A DNA stretch of 63,817 nucleotides, counting the filler, from Fonticula-like sp. SCN 57-25 (lineage: Eukaryota), in NCBI GenBank assembly GCA_001724245.1. It is 6 parts of 6 records of this genome, joined end to end, with 100 filler letters (N's around TTAATTAATTAA, not from the genome) between each part and the next. Parts side by side here need not be neighbours in the genome. Positions count along the whole stretch, not along the records: positions 10,730 to 21,342 come from MEDX01000222.1; 5 more parts are not named here. The stretch is one strand, 5' to 3'. Below are positions 12,008 to 21,442 of the stretch, piece by piece. Numbering within the stretch: position 1 is the stretch's first letter; each line of letters begins with the position of its first letter. The translations under genes and the position numbers were made by a program. The notes beneath the pieces are model-generated. The model was given only the letters and a program-made list of their open reading frames with translations, searched no databases and had not been told where the DNA came from.

Positions 12008-12392
12008 GGTGGTAAAAGTACGTGCGGCGTCGATGGGGAATCAAAGACGAATAAGACTGCGATCGCTGTCGACAGTCAATGGCTGGCCACAAACAGACAG
12101 GCTAACGAGATAAGCGGAAGCGAAAGGCGCGCGTTTGACGCAGTAGAGTTGGATCGGGAGAACTGGCCTTCCCCTCCTGCCCACCCTGCTGACGCCATCT
12201 GCTTGCCGGTACCCCTCACAAGGTCTTGAGTGAAGGAAAGAGAGGCAAAAACTCTGACTAAACAATTTCAAGCTTATCGCGTCATGTTCAGCAGTCCCCT
12301 TTTTTTCGGGTGCAAAGCCGCGCCGGCAAGGGCGACGCGGCAAAGGGGATCGATGGCCATGTCGGAACCCCTGCCTACTTGGCGCGCTTTCA

Positions 12393-12416
12393 GCCAAACG
12401 CTGACACACCGCGCAC
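12393..12416 (+). repeat. Direct repeat copy A (GCCAAACGCTGACACACCGCGCAC)
   Basis: 23 of 24 nt identical to 15514-15537. Confidence 0.75.
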
Positions 12417-12631
12417 GAAACCTTGCAGAATCACATCCAACTTTCGGAATCCTGGGTGCGCTCCGATGGGCTTGCAGGATCTTTCTTCGCGTTTTATTTG
12501 TAATAATTATGATACTGGTTGTCAAATTATTGTAATACAGTATATAATTGGTCGAACATATATTGTCGTTGAGAGTATCCGAAAAAAAGAAAGAGAGAAG
12601 AACACGAAAATATTGAAATAAACCGTCACAC

Positions 12632-15439
12632 TTAAAGCAGGAGGCGTGTATTTGTCTTTTGAAGCACCGGAGCAAGTGGCGTTACGATCCCATAATAGCT
12701 CTGAAGGGCGCCAATAGCGATCCCGATCGGAACGGCCTTGTCTTTGCTCGGCTCGTCATTGTTGCCATCGCCTTGAAACGCACAAACAAGAGATCCAGCA
12801 TCTCCGCCTTGGACAAATTCCTGGTCATATACATTCGGCGTCACCTTGAGCTGACGTAGATAATCAATGTCGTCTTTAGTGCGCTCGTTAAACACACAAA
12901 AGTTGGGGTCGTTCACGGCAATATACGCATGCTCGTGATGCAAAAAACCTCGCGTCAAGCCGGTTGTGCGCCCAACCTTGAACACCTCGGGACAATCGCC
13001 GAGCGAAAATTCGTCATTTGTTCCATAATGAAAGAAGAGGTCATGGTCAGGCGCATTAATGACCTGTGGAGGCGCACAGACCAGTTTTTGTCTGAAGGTT
13101 CGAGCGAGACGGGGATGGAACTGCGTAGTAAATCGGCATTTGGCAAGGTCAGCAGTCAGCGGCACATAGGCACAGTCAAAGATCTTGCTCTTCTGGAAAG
13201 AGATGACATCCCGGTTGTACTCCTTCACGTCGTTGGAGATGACTGTCGCCCTGAATTCTGGGGTACGCACCTGGATGCTGAGCTCATCCCGTGCTGAAGG
13301 AGATATGGTTACCTTATTGTTGCACTTTAGGCTATCAGAGTAACCTTGCGCCACAGTGATGAATCCCACCTCGTCTATGTCCCCTTCATTCGGCTTCACA
13401 AATGCCCCAAGAGTAAATGAAGACCGGTGCAATGATGTCTCCTTGTTGTTGGGGCCAACCTCAAAAGGCCGCTCTGCGTTTGTAGGGCCATTGCCGACGC
13501 TTGCTCCAATAAACAACGTCGAGTCACGCACGGTGATTACAGCGATATCTTCATGCACTGAGGCCCGCACCTCAACGGGATTATTCAAGTAATCAAATGT
13601 TCCTTCTCGTACATCCACCGGAAGGCGATCGCCGTTCGAGTTGGAAAGATGGACTGGAAACAGGTTTGAGCCATCGGGAACGACACCCTTTTCAGTGACG
13701 AAAATAGCGATGCATGGCTCCGCGCGGACGGTGGCACCTACGAGGCGATATGCCGATCCAGTCATCATGGTCATGTTTGGATGTGCAGCGGCCATCTTGC
13801 AATAGTGCTCTTCGATGATACTGTCTGCAGTATAGGCCATGTCCTTGCAGAGATATTCGTCCTTCCAGCTGGCATGCTGCGGCAGTGGCGAGTACTGTAG
13901 CTGCACCAGCGACATGCGGACAGGAACGCATCTGCCATCGTCAAGCCAAAGACTCTTGGGGAAAGGACGTATGGGCTCCAACACATAAACTTGAATGTGG
14001 AGCGACTCGAGAGACGATGCGCGCCTTGCGGGGAACACTTGGTGAATGGCCGGAAAGGCCATGCGCATCCACACGACGGCGGCAGTCTCCGAATTCATAG
14101 TCACATTCCGCAATGACCACGGCCGCAACACGTCCTCCTTGATTTTCGATGGCACCGACAATGGCGATGAACGCAGCAAATCGTCCAGAGCAACCGCGCC
14201 AGCAATGCTTTGGCGAGCACCAAAATGGTCAACAAGTGCACTTAGCGCTCCGCTTTCGTGGAAGCGCGACAAGCGTGCAGCGTCGACGGCGGCTCGCGCA
14301 TAACGCTGCGCAGACTCGTTATGGAGAACGGTTTTCAGTGCAATCGCAATGGTGTTGGCGACCCTGGACGAAGGCGCATGCACGAGCCACCAAATCAGTG
14401 ATTCGGCCGGACCACCCCATCCTGCTGTGGCGTTCCGTGATTCATATGACATGCTTGAAACGGCACGGCATGCAGCGCCGATCACAGGCCATCCCTGGGC
14501 CATTCTGAGCACTTGATCTAGCACGCGCACACCGTCCTTTTCAATAAAAAATACACGAGCTTGTTCGTTGTTATAGCAGAGATTGGAGATAGTCAAGCAG
14601 GCATGAACACTTGATTCGGGAATCAAAGCCAGATGAAGCAGGCGAGTGCAAATGCCATCGTTGGCTAAAAGTTCTTCAGCACAACCACTGTGATTATGGC
14701 TAGCGTAGCGAGCAACAAACGCAGCAGACGTCGCTACCAAATCAGAGGTGCATTTGCTGGCCAATAATTTCGCCAAGGCGCGACAGCCTCCCAGACGTCG
14801 AAATGCGTTGCGGCGAGAAACAGAGTCCTTCAAAAGTGCGGCGACACTGTACAGGACGGCAGCAGTGCGCTCGTCTGCAAATTCGCCATCCACCGCTTCC
14901 GATAGTAGGTCACAGAGGGCAATCAAAATTGAATCCTCATCGGCAGTGTCTTGAGCCGCGAACCGCCGCTGGTCATCGTTGTCGTCTTCATCCTCGATGT
15001 CGGCGTTCATCGTTACACCGCTGAACCCCTTCTGCACTAAAGTCGCCAGGAAGGTGGCGGGGGGAAGAGCCTTCAAAGCAACCATCCAGCCTCCCACAAG
15101 ATTCCAAGCGGCTACCCAGGTACATTTTTCTTTTTGAAGAACAGACCAAGCTTGCTCCACAACTCTTCGCGCGCGGTCAAAGTCAAGACTCCCAGCATCG
15201 AAGCGGCATACGAGTGGCGTTTGTGCGAGAAAACTATATGCCCCGTTCTTGATTTGCGCTCGCACGGACGAAGTGAGCGCAATTTTGTAGACAGCGGGCG
15301 GCTCGGGCGGTGTGCAATTTACGAGGAAATCTCCAAGCTCACATTCGTGGGGCATTTCTGGGGAAGAAGATTGCTGTGAGCATTTCAAGAGAAGCCTTCC
15401 AAGCGCACCTTCGCCGGCTACGGCTGGGGAAAGAAGCAA
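12632..15439 (-). CDS. ARM-repeat protein fused to a Nal1/Ssy5-type trypsin-like domain, predicted catalytically inactive
   Basis: 935-codon uninterrupted ORF (first ATG 15355; a short upstream exon is possible). ARM-like helices (FRRLGGCRALAKLL, ACLTISNLC, FIEKDGVRVL), then PCIAIFVTEKGVVPDG..FP..PVDVREG, FTLGAFV, VFKVGRTTGLTRG and GDAGSLV. Confidence 0.75.
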   Translation of the reverse strand: MLLSPAVAGEGALGRLLLKCSQQSSSPEMPHECELGDFLVNCTPPEPPAVYKIALTSSVRAQIKNGAYSFLAQTPLVCRFDAGSLDFDRARRVVEQAWSVLQKEKCTWVAAWNLVGGWMVALKALPPATFLATLVQKGFSGVTMNADIEDEDDNDDQRRFAAQDTADEDSILIALCDLLSEAVDGEFADERTAAVLYSVAALLKDSVSRRNAFRRLGGCRALAKLLASKCTSDLVATSAAFVARYASHNHSGCAEELLANDGICTRLLHLALIPESSVHACLTISNLCYNNEQARVFFIEKDGVRVLDQVLRMAQGWPVIGAACRAVSSMSYESRNATAGWGGPAESLIWWLVHAPSSRVANTIAIALKTVLHNESAQRYARAAVDAARLSRFHESGALSALVDHFGARQSIAGAVALDDLLRSSPLSVPSKIKEDVLRPWSLRNVTMNSETAAVVWMRMAFPAIHQVFPARRASSLESLHIQVYVLEPIRPFPKSLWLDDGRCVPVRMSLVQLQYSPLPQHASWKDEYLCKDMAYTADSIIEEHYCKMAAAHPNMTMMTGSAYRLVGATVRAEPCIAIFVTEKGVVPDGSNLFPVHLSNSNGDRLPVDVREGTFDYLNNPVEVRASVHEDIAVITVRDSTLFIGASVGNGPTNAERPFEVGPNNKETSLHRSSFTLGAFVKPNEGDIDEVGFITVAQGYSDSLKCNNKVTISPSARDELSIQVRTPEFRATVISNDVKEYNRDVISFQKSKIFDCAYVPLTADLAKCRFTTQFHPRLARTFRQKLVCAPPQVINAPDHDLFFHYGTNDEFSLGDCPEVFKVGRTTGLTRGFLHHEHAYIAVNDPNFCVFNERTKDDIDYLRQLKVTPNVYDQEFVQGGDAGSLVCAFQGDGNNDEPSKDKAVPIGIAIGALQSYYGIVTPLAPVLQKTNTRLLL

Positions 15440-15513
15440 GTAAAAAAGAACGTCCTAACCCACATGGTAATTAAGGTGACATGCTGACTTGGTGCGCTTC
15501 GGTGCGCTTCGCG

Positions 15514-15537
15514 GCCAAAGGCTGACACACCGCGCAC
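15514..15537 (+). repeat. Direct repeat copy B (GCCAAAGGCTGACACACCGCGCAC)
   Basis: 23 of 24 nt identical to 12393-12416; preceded by a tandem GGTGCGCTTC x2. Confidence 0.75.
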
Positions 15538-15872
15538 CGAGAGCATGACCACCGATTGGATCGCGATCGTGTTCCGGATTGGTTCGAGATCCGGCGTCTA
15601 CCAATGGCCACGCGAGGTGGGTCAGAAGCGTCTCAATGATTTTGGGTTGGTCACACGTGTTTTTCTTTTTTCCCCTCTGAGAGCGAAACGGACGTTGAGA
15701 CGTTTTCTGGATGCTTTTTCCATCGTAAGCACCAGCTTTTTTCCCTCTACTTGTGTCTTAGGTGCGGAAAGGAAAGCGCGGCGGCATCTGGAGTTCTAAC
15801 TGGGCCTTCTTCTTTTGCACTTGCATTTTCTTTTTTCTGCCCCCTTTTAGGTCGTTGGCATTCATTACAAGC

Positions 15873-17880
15873 ATGCTGACCACGGCTGTTCGTCGCGCTG
15901 CCTCGGTGGTACGCACTGCCTCCCTTTCTTCTTTTTCATCCCACGTTTTCTCTTCCTCGGCATGACACGTTGGCTCACAAAAATTTTTTTCTCTCGTTTT
16001 TCAGAGCGCGCTGCGCCTCGCCGCTAATGTGGCCGTCCCCGCCGCGCGCGCTTTCTCGCAGAGCGCTGCTGCCCTCAAGGCTGGTGCGTTTTTCATCCCT
16101 TTGCCCACCTTTTCCGTTGTTCATGTCTATATTTGAAACCTCGAATGCCGTTTCCTTTCCCCCCTTTGTTTCGCTTTCTTTTTCGCTAATATTTTCTTTA
16201 AAGGTGCCCCCAACCAGTCTGAGGTTACCTCCATCCTCGAGGAGCGCATCCTCGGCTCGTCGGCTGGCATTGATGTCAACGAGACTGGCCGCGTGCTCTC
16301 GATTGGTGACGGTATTGCCCGTGTCTATGGCCTCAAGAATGTCCAGGCCGAGGAGATGGTGGAGTTCTCGTCGGGCGTCCGCGTGCGTTATTGAGTGTAT
16401 TTTTTTTTCTTTTTTTGCTGACCCTCTTTTCCCTTTTTTCTTTCCTTTTCCTTTTAGGGTATGGCGCTCAACCTCGAGCCTGACAACGTCGGTGTTGTGA
16501 TTTTCGGTAACGATACCCTTATTCGTGAGGGCGATCTTGTCAAGCGTACCGGCGCTATCGTCGACGTCCCGATTGGCTCGGCCCTCCTCGGCCGCGTCGT
16601 CGATGCCCTCGGTAACCCGATCGACGGCAAGGGCCCGATCGCCGCCTCTGGCCGCTCGCGTGTCCAGATGAAGGCCCCCGGTATCATCCCCCGCAAGTCG
16701 GTGCACGAGCCCATGCAGACTGGTCTCAAGGCTATTGACTCGATGGTCCCGATTGGCCGTGGCCAGCGTGAGGTACTTGGTTTTTTCCCGTGGTCGTTTC
16801 CGCGTTGCTGACTCTTTTTCCCTTTTCCCTCTCTAGCTGATCATTGGTGATCGTCAGACTGGCAAGACCGCCATTGCTCTTGACACCATTCTCAACCAGA
16901 AGAAGGTCAACGACAGCGCCACTGACGACAAGAAGAAGCTCTTCTGCGTCTACGTCGCCGTCGGCCAGAAGCGCTCGACTGTCGCCCAGTTCGTCCGCAC
17001 CCTTGAGCAGTACGATGCCCTCAAGTACACCATTGTTGTGGCCGCCACCGCCTCGGAGGCCGCTCCCCTTCAGTTCCTTGCGCCCTACTCTGGTGCCGCC
17101 ATGGGTGAGTACTTCCGTGACAACGGCCAGCACTCGCTCATCATCTACGACGATCTGTCCAAGCAGGCCGTCGCCTACCGCCAGATGTCGCTCCTTCTGC
17201 GTCGTCCCCCGGGTCGTGAGGCCTACCCCGGTGATGTGTTCTACCTTCACTCGCGTCTCCTCGAGCGCGCTGCCAAGCTCAGCGACAAGTACAAGGGCGG
17301 CTCCATGACTGCCCTCCCCGTCATTGAGACCCAGGCCGGTGACGTGTCGGCGTACATTCCCACCAACGTGATTTCGATTACCGACGGTCAGATTTTCCTT
17401 GAGGCCGATCTCTTCTTCAAGGGTATCCGCCCCGCCATTAACGTCGGTCTCTCCGTGTCGCGTGTCGGCTCGGCTGCCCAGACCCGCGCCATGAAGCAGG
17501 TCGCTGCCTCGCTCAAGCTCGAGCTCGCCCAGTACCGTGAGGTCGCTGCGTTCGCCCAGTTTGGCTCTGATCTCGATGCCTCGACTCAGTTCCTCCTCAA
17601 CCGCGGTGCCCGCCTCACCGAGCTGCTCAAGCAGCCCCAGTACAAGCCGTTCCCCATGGAGCAGATGGTCGCCATCGTCTACTGCGGTGTCCGCGGTTAC
17701 CTCGACAAGCTCCCGGTCAACCGCATTCTCGATTTCGAGAGCCAGTTCTTGCCCTTCATTTCCAACAACCACGCTGATCTCCTCGAGGACATCCGCTCCA
17801 AGGAGAAGGTCACGGACGAGACTGACGCCAAGCTCAAGGAGATCGTGCCCAAGTTCCTCGAGAGCTTCGTCTCGGCTTAA
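15873..17880 (+). CDS. ATP1: Mitochondrial F1-ATP synthase alpha subunit, nuclear-encoded, 5 exons
   Basis: Spliced presequence [48 protein letters not shown], Walker [32 protein letters not shown]. Confidence 0.98.
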
Positions 17881-18023
17881 ACAAACACATTAAAGAGAGC
17901 GACGATGAAAAGGGTCGGTCGAGGTGTCACTTTTTTTTTTGTAAAAGAAAAGAAGTATCTATAATGGAAATGAACGAAAATGATTTAAAGTAGTGCATAT
18001 TTGGGAGGTAATTGGAAGGGAAT

Positions 18024-18200
18024 GGCCACAAATAGAGTGTTTGTTTTGGGCAAGGCCACAAATAGAGTGTCTTTTATGGGTAAAGGCCACAAATAGAGTG
18101 TTTTTTGGGTAAATGCGACACAAAGAGTGTTTTTTGGGTAAAGGCCACAAATAGAGTGTCTTTTATGGGTAAATGCGACACAAAGAGTGTTTTTTGGGTA
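18024..18200. repeat. Minisatellite, 6 units of 29-31 bp (GGCCACAAATAGAGTGT..TTTTGGGTAAA and a TGCGACACAAAGAGTGT variant)
   Basis: Units start at 18024, 18054, 18085, 18114, 18143 and 18174; no unique spacers. Confidence 0.92.
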
Positions 18201-18514
18201 CAGCGTAGATACGCGTATATATTGAAAATTCCATGGTATGATACCTACTATGCAACATCAACGTGCACTGAAAGGCACTAGAAAAGAACGGCGGGTCTGA
18301 CGATGTATATACGGATGAGGGTGATGATGACGAAACATTTTCAGCAAAAACGGAAACATATCCCAAATGCTCAGCGAAAAAAAAAAGCCACACTTGCGCG
18401 AGAAGAGAGAGCGATACACACGCGTCGCAAATGGAAGCCAACAAGAAAGATACTACACATAATCTACACAAAGGAAAGAACAGGACACATGCATATATAG
18501 ATGGAAGAAGGAGC

Positions 18515-19645
18515 TCATCGATTTACGGACTGCTCCTGAAAGAACACTTGCTGCGACCCTATCGACTGCTGCTGCTGCATCTGCCCGATGGCATCCGCCG
18601 TCGTCGGCGCGTAGTGCAGCATGTCGTGCGCGGGGTCATACCCATAGTCGCCAATGGCGGGCGCGGCCGCATTCTCGTGGACGATTTCCGCGTCGTGCGC
18701 GCCGCCCGCAAAGTACTCTTCGGTCGCGTACGCGGTCACGTTTGTGAACGCCGCCATGAGGTCGCCTTGCGAGCCGCCGAGGTCACTCTGCGAGGTGCTG
18801 AGGTCGCCGCCGCGCGCCGCGCTCGACCGCGACGTGTACGCGCCGGGCGCCACCTCGTCACCTTGCTGCTGCTGCTGCTGAGGCGGGGCGGGAGCGACAT
18901 CCGACGACGCCGACAGCGGCGACTCTGCCATGCGGCCGACGCTGTACAGCGCGTCACGCGGCGACGCCTGCGCGCCAGACGGCGAGATGGCCTGCGCGGC
19001 GTACGCGTCGCCCATCGGCCGCGAAAGCATCATATTCGGGTACACGACCTGCTGCTGCTGCTGCTGCTGCTGGTGGTGGTCGCGCATATACTGCTGCTGG
19101 TCGTGCATGTGCTGCTGCTGCATGTGCTGCTGATGGTGGTGGTCGTGCATCTGCAGCTGCATGTCGGGGATCATGAGCGGCGTCGCGTTCTGGTGGTCCT
19201 CGTCGTCCTGCGCGTGCTGCTGGTACTGCTGCTGCTGCTGCTGCTGTTGTTGTTGCTGCTGCTGGAGGTGCCACATGGTCGCCTGGAAGACGTGGTCGTG
19301 CTCGGCGGCGTCGGCGGCGTCGCCGTTCATCTGCTGCATCTGCTGCTGCGTTGGGAGCGGCGCGTCGTAAAAGTAGGCCTGCTGCTTGTTCTGCTGCATC
19401 GCGCGCGCCGCGGCAATCATGCGCTGCTGCTGCATGAGCATCTGCTGGCGCTGCAGCTGCTGCTGCATGCGGAAGGCGGCGGCGAGGCCGTACGCGCCCT
19501 GGTCGGCCTCGGGCGCGCGCGCGCCTGCGTTCAGCTGCGACGACGTCGGCGACGTCGAAAACTCGTTCAGTGCCGTCGCGCGCGGGCTCTGAAGCGTCAG
19601 CATGTCAAAGTACGTCGCATTAATTGCCAGCTCGGCGTCGGTCAT

Positions 19646-19676
<31 letters not shown>

Positions 19677-20413
19677 TGGGGCGCCTGCGCGCGCGCGGCG
19701 GACATGGCCGTCGGCGTGCCGGTGGCGTACGGCGAAAAGCGCGGGCTGTGTACGCTGGCCGACGAGGGCCGGACGACCATTGGCCGCGCGGACGGGCTCG
19801 TGATTGGCGCGCCGAGGACGTTGTCCGGGAGATCGAGCGGCGTGATTCGCTGGTTGCCCGAGGGCGTCCGCAGGCGCTCCAGGAGCGTGGCTTTCTTGCC
19901 GTTGGCAGGGATCCCATACCGCCGGCAGAGCTCCTTGAGCTCGACGACCGTGTAGTCGTCCACGTTGGCGGGCAGCTCAGAAATGACGCGCGCGCGGGGA
20001 GATGACGGCAGGCTCATTGACTTGCCGCCCGCGAGGCTGTCCGAACTGCTCGATGGCGAGGCCAGCAGGGGCAGGGGCGGAGATGCGCTCACGGGCATAA
20101 GGGCGCCCGTGAGGCCGTCGTGAACGAGGATTCGATCCTGAAAAACAAGCGGGTCCACTTTTACTTGCGTCCGGGGCGACGTTGCCGACGCGCGGCGGTC
20201 AATTTTGACCTTGAAATTGTGCTGCATGTCCTGCTGGCGGCCCCAGTGGTCGATCGTGGTGCCATCACTGGCGACGGAAAGGCGCTTGCCGGCGCGAGGG
20301 CTGCTGCTCGCGCCGACAGCGGCGGCCGGAAGAGCGGTCGGAGGGCTTCCCGACGCAGAAGGGGCCGTCGAAGAGGACGCCGACAGAGAGTCGTGCGGAC
20401 TCCCCCCTTCCAT
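18515..20413 (-). CDS. SAP-domain, polyglutamine-rich putative transcriptional co-regulator
   Basis: LPANVDDYTVVELKELCRRYGIPANGKKATLLERLR is a SAP motif; several CAG/polyQ tracts; 632-aa ORF. Confidence 0.82.
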
Positions 20414-20781
20414 CCTAGGACAAGAAAAAAGGGCGTAACGCGGTACGCAAGAAAAGATCCGGGATCCCGGCTAGGCCAGCACTTTTAACCAATTCGGCTT
20501 TAAAATAACTAGGAAAAACACGCGGATATGGTGATACTTGCTGCCCCCGAGCCCGAAGGGTGTTTTTCAAAATGCCGACGGAGCTGACCGCGTTGCCTGG
20601 GCGCCGGTTTGCCGGGAAGGGCTGGGAAGGGAGATAATGGCCTTTGGTATGGCAGTGGTCACCGTCCTGTGATTGGTCCGGACAGACGGTAGGACCAATC
20701 AGTGACGCGCACCTCCACCAGTGTTTATGTATGGCCATATCAAATAATGTCGACAGATGTGAAAGATGGTGGGAATATCAA

Positions 20782-21342
20782 ATGGACCCGCGGCAGCTGG
20801 TGCAGGCGCAGCTCGATCAGAGCCGCCATGTTGTCCGCGAGCTCTCGCTGCGCATCTCTGATCTGATACGGCAGTGCCGCGCAGCAGACGACCAGAGGAA
20901 GCGGATACTAGAGGTCTGCCGGCTGCTCGAGGAGCGCCAGCTTGCGCTGCTCCAGAATGACGGCAAGGAGGAGACGGCCATGACGGCGGCGGCCGCGGCG
21001 GCGACCAAGCAGGTGGAGATGGAGGCGGCCAAGCAGGCAGCGATAGAGGCAATCAAGGCGACTAATGAGGCGGTGAACATGGCAAAGGAGGCAGCGAGGG
21101 AAAAAGAGGCAGAGCGGGAAAAGGAGGCAGAGCGGGAAAAGAAGGCGGCGCAGGAAAAGGAGGCAGCGCGGGAAAAGAAGGCGGCGCAGGAAAAGGCGCT
21201 CGCCAAAACGAAAGCGGCATCGCCCCCGAGGCCTTTGAAGCGTGCCGCTCCGCAGCTGCAGACGAGCAACCCTGCTGCCATTCAGCGAGCAATGTCTGCG
21301 CTTGTGAGCCAGCACCGCATTGTCGACACAGAGATGCTCATT
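20782..21342 (+). CDS. Hypothetical coiled-coil protein with EK/A repeats, 3' partial
   Basis: ATG 20782 follows CCAAT motifs; heptad-like helix, 18-nt EKEAER/EKKAAQ repeats; open to the contig end. Confidence 0.6.
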
Positions 21343-21442
21343 NNNNNNNNNNNNNNNNNNNNNNNNNNNNNNNNNNNNNNNNNNNNTTAATTAATTAANN
21401 NNNNNNNNNNNNNNNNNNNNNNNNNNNNNNNNNNNNNNNNNN
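21343..21442. other. Artificial contig-joining linker
   Basis: N44-TTAATTAATTAA-N44. Confidence 0.97.

Noticed and set aside
12230-12535. Small membrane-protein ORF
   Set aside because: The hydrophobic end derives from AT-rich 3'-flank sequence of the convergent gene; no independent support.
15873-17880. Mitochondrial insertion (NUMT) or bacterial atpA
   Set aside because: It has spliceosomal introns, a targeting presequence and nuclear codon usage.
18024-18200. CRISPR array
   Set aside because: Units are contiguous with no unique spacers, there are no cas genes, and the context is eukaryotic.
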